From positions 6,106 to 70,105 of the forward strand of contig JACCQN010000011.1 in the NCBI GenBank assembly GCA_015709215.1: a stretch of DNA of 64,000 bases, written 5' to 3'. The position numbers and the translations under genes were made by a program. This document shows positions 50,462 through 58,583 of the stretch, piece after piece (the stretch's first letter is position 1; each line of letters begins with the position of its first letter). Under the pieces are notes generated by a model. It was not told the origin of the DNA. It ran no database searches and saw nothing but the letters and a program-made list of their open reading frames with translations. The stretch comes from Bacteroidales bacterium. Lineage in GTDB: Bacteria; Bacteroidota; Bacteroidia; Bacteroidales; F082.

Positions 50462-51109
50462 ATGAATTTCAAAGAAGATGAAGCTGCCATACTTGCAGGC
50501 TTTCTACTGCAAATCAAAGCGATAAAACTGAATCCATCGAAGCCGTTCACCTGGGCATCTGGATTAAAGAGCCCAATCTATTGCGATACGAGGATTACGC
50601 TCTCCTATCCTAAAATCAGGACACACATCCGGCAACAGTTTGTGCAAGCTATTCTCGACAGGTACGAAAAACCCGATATAATTGTTGGAGTTGCAACCGG
50701 AGGCATAGCTCAGGGAGTGCTTGTAGCCCAAGAACTTGGCTTGCCGTTTGCCTACGTACGTTCCGAAAAAAAAATGCATGGAATGAACAATCAGGTAGAG
50801 GGTGCAGTTGAAAAAGGACAATCGGCCATTGTGATCGAAGACCTTGTTTCGACCGGCGGAAGCAGCCTTAAAGCTGTTGAAGCACTCCGCAAAAGCGAAT
50901 TGGAAGTGAAAGGCATGATGGCGATTTTTACCTACGGACTTCAAAAGGCAGCAGACAATTTCAAAAATCTAAATTGCGAACTCACCACACTCACCAATTA
51001 CGAAATTTTGATCCGCAAAGCCAGCGAAGACAACTATATTACCGAAAACGACCTGCAATCGCTTATCCAGTGGCGTCTCAATCCGGAAGCCTGGAGCGAT
51101 CAACACTAA
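50462..51109 (+). CDS. pyrE: orotate phosphoribosyltransferase
   Basis: 215 aa, ...FTWASGLKSPIYCD...IVIEDLVSTGGSS... Confidence 0.95.
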   Translation: MNFKEDEAAILAGFLLQIKAIKLNPSKPFTWASGLKSPIYCDTRITLSYPKIRTHIRQQFVQAILDRYEKPDIIVGVATGGIAQGVLVAQELGLPFAYVRSEKKMHGMNNQVEGAVEKGQSAIVIEDLVSTGGSSLKAVEALRKSELEVKGMMAIFTYGLQKAADNFKNLNCELTTLTNYEILIRKASEDNYITENDLQSLIQWRLNPEAWSDQH

Positions 51110-51121
51110 ACACCTCATGGA

Positions 51122-51517
51122 ATGGATTTTGAAAGCAAATGGCAAAATATAGATGCTCCTTCAGAAAAAGTTTATGACTTTCTGAATGATCTGCGCAATC
51201 TGGAAAAGCTGATGCCGGAGCAAATCATTGATTACAAAGCAGAAGCGCAAAAGTGTTCCTTTACTATAAAAGGAATGACAAGCCTGAGCCTAAAAGTAGA
51301 ACAATCCTTGCCCGGAAAACTCATCAGGCTGGTTCCGGATGGCAAAAGCCCATTCGAATTTGAGCTTTTGGCTCACCTCAAAGAAGATAATGCAAAAACG
51401 CTTGTCAAAATTCAGCTGCAGGCCAGCCTGAATCCAATGCTGGCAATGATGGCAAAACGTCCTCTGCAAAATCTTGTTGAAATTATGGCTGACAAATTGG
51501 CCGTTCAAAATTTCTAA
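51122..51517 (+). CDS. SRPBCC family protein
   Basis: 131 aa of small START-like size and pattern. From memory, this family is the usual neighbour of pyrE in Bacteroidota. Confidence 0.65.
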   Translation: MDFESKWQNIDAPSEKVYDFLNDLRNLEKLMPEQIIDYKAEAQKCSFTIKGMTSLSLKVEQSLPGKLIRLVPDGKSPFEFELLAHLKEDNAKTLVKIQLQASLNPMLAMMAKRPLQNLVEIMADKLAVQNF

Positions 51518-52290
51518 AGCAGTTCATCATCAAATAAAAAACGGATAGCTTTAAAATCGCAATCGATGTTTTTTCCTGCACGATTTTCGAGTTTCAGCAT
51601 GCCGTATTCCCCTATTCCCTTTATTTTCAGTTCAATTTGTGAATTGTCTAATTTATAAACGTACCATTGATCAAGCCTAAACAACTTTTGATGGTAATCC
51701 TGAGCAATTCGTAGCAGACCATCAGAATTTTTTGCCTGATCCATTCTGAGAGAAAACCGCTTCAGTATTCCCTTCAAAATATCCAGTGAATCAAATTTTT
51801 GATTGCAAATCAAACCCATTGAGACCGGTCTGGGAATCCATTCCGGAAAATTCATCTGGTTGATATTTAATCCCACGCCAATCACAGATTGATCCAAACG
51901 GGAAGCACGAATGGTATTGGATATCAGAATTCCACCCAACTTTTTTTCTTCAAAAAATATGTCGTTTGGCCATTTAATACTAATCTTTCTATGATCAATA
52001 TGGTCTGACAATTCGTCAACAATTGCCAACGCAATCATTTGAGTAATCAAAAACTGCTCTGAAGCCAGAATAAAAGATGCGTCCATTCCAAGGCTGAACA
52101 ACAAGTTTTGTCCTCTTTCACTATGCCATTGATTTCCGTCCATGCCACGTCCACCAGACTGATATTCAGCACAAACAACTTGATTTGCTATCGTTTTTAG
52201 TTTATTAATCCTGTCCTGTAACCAACGATTTGTTGAATCAACAGACTTTAAAAAGTTGAGGCTAAACGCCTGAAAAACTTCTTGCTTCAT
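51514..52290 (-). CDS. birA: biotin--[acetyl-CoA-carboxylase] ligase (no HTH domain)
   Basis: 258 aa, ...QSGGRGMDGNQWHS...KWPNDIFFEEKKLGGILI... Confidence 0.9.
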   Translation of the reverse strand: MKQEVFQAFSLNFLKSVDSTNRWLQDRINKLKTIANQVVCAEYQSGGRGMDGNQWHSERGQNLLFSLGMDASFILASEQFLITQMIALAIVDELSDHIDHRKISIKWPNDIFFEEKKLGGILISNTIRASRLDQSVIGVGLNINQMNFPEWIPRPVSMGLICNQKFDSLDILKGILKRFSLRMDQAKNSDGLLRIAQDYHQKLFRLDQWYVYKLDNSQIELKIKGIGEYGMLKLENRAGKNIDCDFKAIRFLFDDELL

Positions 52291-52388
52291 TGCAAATGCT
52301 TATTTCAGGACAAAATTATGCTTTTAATATCAACCCCAATGTTACAGTTTATGGTAAAGGTGCATAAGGCAGTTAAACCAAAAAAGCC

Positions 52389-52396
52389 TAATTTTG
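52389..52396 (+). promoter_or_regulatory. -7 box TAATTTTG upstream of rsfS-ftsH
   Basis: TAnnTTTG match about 26 nt before the ATG at 52422. Confidence 0.4.
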
Positions 52397-52421
52397 TTGT
52401 TTATTTAAAATTTACCTATTA

Positions 52422-52799
52422 ATGAGAATCAGACATCAGTCAGACAATGCCGAAAAAATCCTTGAAGTAGCTGTAAAGACAATGCAGGAAGGAAAAGGAA
52501 AAGACATCATTTCATTAAACCTCAAAAAAATCGGAAGTGCTGTAACCGATTATTTTTTAATCTGCCATGGCAATTCACACACACAAGTGGATGCCATTGC
52601 AGCCAAAATTTTGGAGAATGTAAAAAAAGAATGTGGAGCCATTGCTTACAACAAAGAAGGATTTGAAAATTCGGAATGGATTTTGATAGACTACGTTGAT
52701 GTGGTGGTACACGTTTTCCTCGATAATACACGTAATTTTTATCAGCTTGAATCCTTATGGGCTGATGCAAAGGTTGTTACCTATTTAGATGAGGACTAA
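52422..52799 (+). CDS. rsfS: ribosome silencing factor RsfS
   Basis: 125 aa, ...TDYFLICHGNSHTQVDAIA...WILIDYVDVVVHVF... Confidence 0.93.
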   Translation: MRIRHQSDNAEKILEVAVKTMQEGKGKDIISLNLKKIGSAVTDYFLICHGNSHTQVDAIAAKILENVKKECGAIAYNKEGFENSEWILIDYVDVVVHVFLDNTRNFYQLESLWADAKVVTYLDED

Positions 52800-52822
52800 G
52801 ATTTTTATAGCAGAACGCAAAG

Positions 52823-54937
52823 ATGAAAGAAACACAAAACGAAAACAATAATAAAGCTCCAAAACCCGGCGATAATAAGCCTAAATTTAATTTTTACTGG
52901 GTTTATGGTTTGTTGGCATTAGTCTTTATTGGCTTACAGTTTTTGAACTGGGACACAGGAGCCAAAGATCTCAACAAAGGCGAGTTGCTACAAATGCTTC
53001 AAGATAAAGAAGTATCAAAAATTGATCTTGTCAATCGTGAAATTGCTGAGGTTTACCTTACAGACGACGCACGAAAAAAGCATTTCCCTGACGGAGAAGG
53101 CGGCGGCATGTCAGAAAATTTTGGCGGCGCCACTGCCGATTATGTCTATCGCATCGGTTCTATCGAAGGTTTTGAAAAAGACATCATGGAAGCTCAGGAA
53201 GGTCAGACAGATCCGGTATACATCAACAATGTGAACCGTCGCAACTGGGGAGGTGAAATTTTAGGTTGGATTCTGCCTATTGCCTTACTTATTGGCGTGT
53301 GGTTCTTTATCATGCGCATGATGAGCCGCGGAGGCGGAGGTGCCGGTGGTCAGATCTTCAATATTGGCAAATCGAAAGCACAGCTTTTTGATAAAAACAC
53401 AAACGTAAACGTTACCTTTAAAGACGTTGCAGGACTAGAAGAAGCCAAGGTGGAAATTATGGAGATCGTCGATTTCCTTCGCACCCCGGATAAATACACC
53501 AAGCTCGGTGGAAAAATTCCCAAAGGAGTGCTGCTAGTTGGCCCTCCCGGAACAGGTAAAACCCTCTTGGCCAAATCGGTAGCCGGCGAAGCACATGTGC
53601 CTTTTTATAGTATTTCAGGATCTGATTTCGTAGAGATGTTTGTTGGTGTTGGAGCATCGCGTGTACGCGACCTCTTTAAACAAGCCAAAGAAAAATCACC
53701 GTGTATTATCTTCATCGACGAAATTGATGCCATTGGCCGAGCCAGGGGTAAAAACCCTGCTACAGGTGCAAACGATGAACGTGAAAACACTTTGAACCAG
53801 TTGCTTACAGAAATGGATGGCTTTGGAACCAATTCCGGAGTAATCGTTTTAGCTGCTACAAACCGTGCCGACATCCTCGACAGGGCTTTGATGCGTGCCG
53901 GCCGCTTCGATCGACAGATTTATGTGGAACTACCTGATCTGGAAGGCCGTAAAGAGATCTTCGAAGTTCATATGCGTCCACTAAAACTGGATCCAAATGT
54001 GGATAATGTTTTTCTGGCCAAACAAACTCCCGGATTTTCCGGCGCTGATATTGCCAATGTGTGTAATGAAGCAGCACTGATAGCTGCTCGCCGCAACCGT
54101 GAGTCGATCAATAAACAGGATTTTATGGACGCCATTGACAGAATCATTGGCGGTCTTGAAAAGAAAAATAAAATCATTTCGCCATCCGAAAAGAAGGTTG
54201 TGGCTTTTCACGAAGCAGGCCACGCATCTGTGAGCTGGCTGCTCGAACATGCTCATCCACTGGTGAAAGTTACCATCGTCCCTCGCGGGAAATCGCTTGG
54301 CGCGGCCTGGTATCTTCCCGAAGAGCGACAGATCACAACTTACGATCAGATGTTCGACGAAATGACTGCCGCCCTCGGAGGCAGAGCAGCCGAAGAGGTT
54401 ATCTTTGGTCAGATTTCGACAGGTGCCTTGAGCGATCTCGAAAAAGTAACCAAACAAGCTTATGCCATGGTGACCTATTATGGTTTGAGCAAGAAAATTG
54501 GTAACGTTAGTTTTTATGACTCTACCGGACAACAGGAATACGCTTTCAATAAGCCTTTTAGCGAAAAAACCAATCAGGTGATCGACAGCGAAATCAGCGA
54601 TATGGTCGAAAGGGCTTACCAAAGGGCATTACAAATCCTGCGGGACCACAAAGACGGACTTACTCAATTAGCTGAAAAACTTCTTGAAAAAGAAGTCATC
54701 TTTGGTGAAGATCTCGAAAATATCTTTGGAAAACGCCCTTGGGTTAAAGAAGAAATGCCCGAACGGAAAAAACCTGAAGCAGAAGTTAAACCTGATCATC
54801 CAGTTGAAGCACAAACAGAAAAGACTGAAGATGAAAAAACTGTGACTTCTAACCCTGCTGCCGGAAACGAAAAGAAAGATCAATCGCAAGATACTGGTGA
54901 TCAGGATAAAAAAGAAGAAATTCCTACGCCAAAATAG
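52823..54937 (+). CDS. ftsH: ATP-dependent zinc metalloprotease FtsH (acidic/Lys-rich C-terminal tail)
   Basis: 704 aa, [32 protein letters not shown]. Confidence 0.98.
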   Translation: MKETQNENNNKAPKPGDNKPKFNFYWVYGLLALVFIGLQFLNWDTGAKDLNKGELLQMLQDKEVSKIDLVNREIAEVYLTDDARKKHFPDGEGGGMSENFGGATADYVYRIGSIEGFEKDIMEAQEGQTDPVYINNVNRRNWGGEILGWILPIALLIGVWFFIMRMMSRGGGGAGGQIFNIGKSKAQLFDKNTNVNVTFKDVAGLEEAKVEIMEIVDFLRTPDKYTKLGGKIPKGVLLVGPPGTGKTLLAKSVAGEAHVPFYSISGSDFVEMFVGVGASRVRDLFKQAKEKSPCIIFIDEIDAIGRARGKNPATGANDERENTLNQLLTEMDGFGTNSGVIVLAATNRADILDRALMRAGRFDRQIYVELPDLEGRKEIFEVHMRPLKLDPNVDNVFLAKQTPGFSGADIANVCNEAALIAARRNRESINKQDFMDAIDRIIGGLEKKNKIISPSEKKVVAFHEAGHASVSWLLEHAHPLVKVTIVPRGKSLGAAWYLPEERQITTYDQMFDEMTAALGGRAAEEVIFGQISTGALSDLEKVTKQAYAMVTYYGLSKKIGNVSFYDSTGQQEYAFNKPFSEKTNQVIDSEISDMVERAYQRALQILRDHKDGLTQLAEKLLEKEVIFGEDLENIFGKRPWVKEEMPERKKPEAEVKPDHPVEAQTEKTEDEKTVTSNPAAGNEKKDQSQDTGDQDKKEEIPTPK

Positions 54938-54967
54938 CGGACTACAAACAATCTATCTTGCATTAGT

Positions 54968-55615
54968 ATGAAAGAAAGCACTTCGCGCGAGCAAATACTG
55001 ACAAAAATCAGAAATGCATTAATGGAAAAGACTACGCTGCCTTATCCCGAAACTGATTTTATTAGCCCTGTGTTGAAGCCTGTAAAAGACAGCGACGGAC
55101 TGGAAGTAGCTTTTGCAAAGGAATTGCTTCAGGCAGGCGGGCAATTTGTTTATTGTGAAAATGAGCATCAGTTTTTGGAGTATTTGCAAACGCTGATGCA
55201 AGAACGGGAATGGAATACCCTTTGGACACAAAGCAACAAAGTGAAGCAAGTGCTGCGGGCTGGTGAAATGAATTTTGAGGAGAACCCTCCTCAAGACAAT
55301 AAACAGTTGGTTGGACTTTCTGATTGCGAAAGTTTGGTTGCTCAAAGTGGAACAGTTGTGCTGTCTGATCAAAAAGCTGGTAGTCGCATGTCGATTGCAT
55401 TCCCCGAAATACAGCTAATCATGGCTTATGCCTCTCAAGTAGTTCCAACTTTGAAAACAGCCATACAAGAATTAAAACAGACTTACCCCGAGATGTTGCC
55501 GACTCAAATTGTGTTTGTCACCGGCCCCAGCCGAACGGCAGATATTGAGAAAACTTTGGTAATGGGAGCTCACGGACCAAAAGAGCTGGTCGTTTTTTTG
55601 ATCGATGATATTTAA
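54968..55615 (+). CDS. LUD domain-containing protein (LutC/YkgG family)
   Basis: 215 aa; size and the C-terminal ...FVTGPSRTADIEKTLVMGAHGPKEL pattern fit. Confidence 0.7.
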   Translation: MKESTSREQILTKIRNALMEKTTLPYPETDFISPVLKPVKDSDGLEVAFAKELLQAGGQFVYCENEHQFLEYLQTLMQEREWNTLWTQSNKVKQVLRAGEMNFEENPPQDNKQLVGLSDCESLVAQSGTVVLSDQKAGSRMSIAFPEIQLIMAYASQVVPTLKTAIQELKQTYPEMLPTQIVFVTGPSRTADIEKTLVMGAHGPKELVVFLIDDI

Positions 55616-55685
55616 AACCGGAATTACTTCTGGAGCAACTTTGGGCTTTTAGCAATGGAAAAGGCTGTCTTTCTGAAAAATAGTG

Positions 55686-55693
55686 TAATTTTG
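55686..55693 (+). promoter_or_regulatory. -7 box TAATTTTG upstream of cdsA-psd
   Basis: TAnnTTTG match about 38 nt before the ATG at 55731. Confidence 0.4.
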
Positions 55694-55730
55694 TCTTAGA
55701 TGTGAAAGCAGCAGAAAAGATGCAACTGGC

Positions 55731-56552
55731 ATGAAAGATTTAATTATCCGTACGGTTTACGGTTTTTTGTTTGCACTGGTAGTTGCTGGCAGCATCTTAA
55801 TCGATAAGTGGCTGTTAGCGATACTACTCGTTTTAGTGGTTGGTTTTGGCACCGATGAAATGATTCGACTCCGGATCAATGCAAGGCCTGGCTTCCGCGA
55901 TAGTTTATTGATGATATCCGTTCCTGTATTACTTTTTGGTCTCCTGGCAGCTGTTGCCCTTCAATTGCTCCCGCTTAAATTTCTGACCCTTTCGATTATC
56001 ATACTGCTGTTTCCTTTTTTGCATGCCTTGTTTAGCAAGCAATACTCTTTTACGGATCTGGCAGGCATGTACTGGCCAACATTTTTTTTGGTGGCGCTAC
56101 CCAGCGGACTGATGCTCTTCTTCTATAGTAATGCCCTTCTGGGTGACATAGCAGGTTCGTACTTGCTGTTATCTGTTATTATTTTGGTCTGGCTGAATGA
56201 TATTTTTGCTTATCTGGTTGGAATTAAATTTGGCAAACATCGATTATTCGAACGTATTTCTCCTAAAAAAAGCTGGGAAGGCAGCATTGGAGGTCTGGTT
56301 TTTACAGTAATCTCAGCCTTGCTTTTCAGCGAATTTACCGGACTAATCACAGCCGGAAAAGCTGCTGGAATTGCTATTTTGGTGGTTATTTCCGGAAGCC
56401 TGGGCGACCTGATCGAATCTATGATTAAGCGACAAGCAGGCGTAAAAGATTCTGGAAAAATCATCCCAGGACATGGGGGAATTCTCGATCGCTTTGATGC
56501 GACTTTTTATGCTATTCCTTTTGTTTTTGTCTATTTAATACTTATTTATTGA
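55731..56552 (+). CDS. cdsA: phosphatidate cytidylyltransferase
   Basis: 273 aa, ...SPKKSWEGSIGG...SMIKRQAGVKDSGKIIPGHGGILDRFD. Confidence 0.95.
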   Translation: MKDLIIRTVYGFLFALVVAGSILIDKWLLAILLVLVVGFGTDEMIRLRINARPGFRDSLLMISVPVLLFGLLAAVALQLLPLKFLTLSIIILLFPFLHALFSKQYSFTDLAGMYWPTFFLVALPSGLMLFFYSNALLGDIAGSYLLLSVIILVWLNDIFAYLVGIKFGKHRLFERISPKKSWEGSIGGLVFTVISALLFSEFTGLITAGKAAGIAILVVISGSLGDLIESMIKRQAGVKDSGKIIPGHGGILDRFDATFYAIPFVFVYLILIY

Positions 56553-57226
56553 TGCATATCCATCGCGAAGGTTATAAAATTATTTTTATCACACTGCTGA
56601 TTATCGGTTTAATAGTAAGTGTTATCAACTTGTTTGCTACTCAGCAGCAATGGTATCATTACATTTTGTATGTGGTTCTGCTGGGTTGGATAAGCTGGAC
56701 TTTTGCCTTTTTCAGGGTACCGCATCGTAAGGTTAATAAAGCAGATATTAACCAGGTGATTGCCGCCGCTGATGGGACTGTGGTTGCAATTGAAGAGGTT
56801 GATGAGCCCGAATATTTCAAGGATAAACGGATTCAGGTATCGGTTTTTATGTCGCCTTTCAACGTGCATGTAAACTGGTATCCGATAGCCGGTGAAGTGA
56901 GTTACACAAAATACCATCCCGGAAAATTTCTGGTGGCTTATCATCCAAAATCATCAACCGAAAATGAGCGTAATACTGTTGTGGTGCGCACCGATGACGG
57001 GCAGGAAGTGCTCGTGAGGCAGATTGCCGGTTTGATGGCGCGAAGGATTATCAGTTCTGCAGCCAAAGGCGATGATGCTGTTCCGGGAAAGGAATTTGGG
57101 ATTATTCGTTTTGGCTCCCGCGTTGATTTCTTTCTTCCCTTAGATGCCATAGTTCAAGTTACGATGGGTCAAAAAGTGCGGGCACTCAAAACCAGTATCG
57201 CCAGTCTCAAGAGATTAAATGCCTGA
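56549..57226 (+). CDS. psd: phosphatidylserine decarboxylase proenzyme
   Basis: 225 aa, ...FMSPFNVHVNWYP...FGSRVDFFLP (GS self-cleavage site); 4-nt overlap with cdsA. Confidence 0.92.
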   Translation: MMHIHREGYKIIFITLLIIGLIVSVINLFATQQQWYHYILYVVLLGWISWTFAFFRVPHRKVNKADINQVIAAADGTVVAIEEVDEPEYFKDKRIQVSVFMSPFNVHVNWYPIAGEVSYTKYHPGKFLVAYHPKSSTENERNTVVVRTDDGQEVLVRQIAGLMARRIISSAAKGDDAVPGKEFGIIRFGSRVDFFLPLDAIVQVTMGQKVRALKTSIASLKRLNA

Positions 57227-57247
57227 TGAGATATGCCTTCCGGGATT

Positions 57248-57943
57248 TTACAGCAAAAGGCTTACGATTTCTTTCAGCTGCCTAATTTCATAGCTTGGAT
57301 TTTCAGTATGTGGTAAGGCCTCCGGATTAAAATAAAGCTGATCCATGCCAAAGCTTTTCGCTCCCAAAATATCTACTTCCAAATCATCCCCTATCATCAA
57401 ACTCTCGTTTAGGCTTGCGCCTGTTTGTTGCAAAGCATAGGCAAAGATCATTGGATCAGGCTTTTTAACACCGGCGGCTTCCGAAGTAATCACTTTCTTG
57501 AAATACGACTCCAAACCAGCCGTCTGAATTTTAATGTGCTGCACTTCTTCAAAGCCATTGGTAATAAGGTGCAGCTCAAAGTGAGCATACAGCTGTTTCA
57601 CTACTTCCACAGCATCTGGGAAAAGATGTACGGTGCGTGGTGCATAGTAGAGGTAATCTTCTGATAAAGTAACCGCAAGTTCCTGATCCATAATTCCGAA
57701 ACTCTCAAGCGTGTGGATGAACCGCAAATCGCGTAATATCTCTTTTTTTAATTCGCCATTGCGATACGATTCCCATAGCAAGTCGTTATGCTTGTTGTAG
57801 GTGCCCAAAAATGTTACCAGATCAGGAATTCCTTTTTGCTTTAGCGCATGCTTTTCATAAAGTAGTGCAAAAGTTTGCTGTGCACTCTGGTCAAAATCCC
57901 AAAGCGTGCGATCCAGATCGAAAAAGAGGTGTTTATACTTCAT
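57248..57943 (-). CDS. HAD-family hydrolase (YjjG-type noncanonical pyrimidine nucleotidase-like)
   Basis: The frame runs to 58012. The internal Met gives MKYKHLFFDLDRTLWDF (DxD motif) ...MIGDDLEVDILGA. Confidence 0.85.
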   Translation of the reverse strand: MKYKHLFFDLDRTLWDFDQSAQQTFALLYEKHALKQKGIPDLVTFLGTYNKHNDLLWESYRNGELKKEILRDLRFIHTLESFGIMDQELAVTLSEDYLYYAPRTVHLFPDAVEVVKQLYAHFELHLITNGFEEVQHIKIQTAGLESYFKKVITSEAAGVKKPDPMIFAYALQQTGASLNESLMIGDDLEVDILGAKSFGMDQLYFNPEALPHTENPSYEIRQLKEIVSLLL

Positions 57944-58481
57944 TTGTAAGATGATTACTGAATTTATGCTGCATCTGCCTGAGCCATTCAAAAAAAAGCA
58001 CGGCAGCAGCATGGGTCACGTTGAGCGAACGCGTAAGGCCTGGCACTGGAATATAAACCACTATATCAGCCTGATCCAGCAAGGATTCGCTCATCCCGAA
58101 ACGTTCATTGCCCACTACAAAAACAGGGTTTTCGGGCAGTTCAACTTCAAAAAGACTTTTGGCTTCGTGTGCTGTTTCCAGGGCGACAATCACTGCTGAA
58201 CGCGCAACCAATTTCCGGATTTCCTTTTCCCGGCTAAAAGCCCAGTTGAGGTTCCCGTGACTGCTGGCAGCAATTCTGCGAATCTTTGTCATCTGCTTAA
58301 CAGGCTCCTCGCCCAGAAAAAACAAATCCTTCGCCCCCAGGTTATCCGAAAGTCTGATTAAAGCGCCAATATTCTGATAATCCGTAAGCTGATCGCCTAT
58401 CACAACCGGTCTTTCTGTGAAGCGATAAATCGCTTCAGGTTGTAAGGCTTCGAATAATTGATTTGATTTCAGGTATCCCAT
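57933..58481 (-). CDS. SpoU/TrmH-family RNA 2'-O-methyltransferase
   Basis: 182 aa, ...NIGALIRLSDNLGA...VVGNERFGMS...IPVPGLTRSLNVTHAAAV... Confidence 0.85.
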   Translation of the reverse strand: MGYLKSNQLFEALQPEAIYRFTERPVVIGDQLTDYQNIGALIRLSDNLGAKDLFFLGEEPVKQMTKIRRIAASSHGNLNWAFSREKEIRKLVARSAVIVALETAHEAKSLFEVELPENPVFVVGNERFGMSESLLDQADIVVYIPVPGLTRSLNVTHAAAVLFFEWLRQMQHKFSNHLTNEV

Positions 58482-58489
58482 GCAGCTGG

Positions 58490-58497
58490 CAAAGTTA
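58490..58497 (-). promoter_or_regulatory. -7 box TAACTTTG just upstream of the methyltransferase gene
   Basis: The minus strand reads TAACTTTGCCAGCTGC and ends about 9 nt before the ATG, so the transcript would be nearly leaderless. Confidence 0.35.
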
Positions 58498-58521
58498 CAG
58501 GAATTTGGCTTGTTGGCAGCT

Positions 58522-58562
58522 AAAAAAAACGGCCTCCGAAACCGGATGCCGTCTTTTTTTTT
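58522..58562 (-). terminator. bidirectional intrinsic terminator after the T9SS cargo operon
   Basis: AAAAAAAACGGCCTCCG-aaac-CGGATGCCGTCTTTTTTTTT; a stem of 9-10 bp with one mismatch, flanked by an A-run and a T-run. Confidence 0.8.
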
Positions 58563-58583
58563 ACAATTATGAAATGCGTATGC

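Noticed and set aside
53981-54622. 213-aa ORF antisense to ftsH. Similar long antisense ORFs lie at 27835-28395, 28429-28848, 27345-27821, 3576-4058, 4086-4523 and 9061-9540.
   Set aside because: All lie entirely within well-conserved genes on the opposite strand. Their translations are low-complexity or hydrophobic with no recognisable motifs, which is typical of shadow ORFs.
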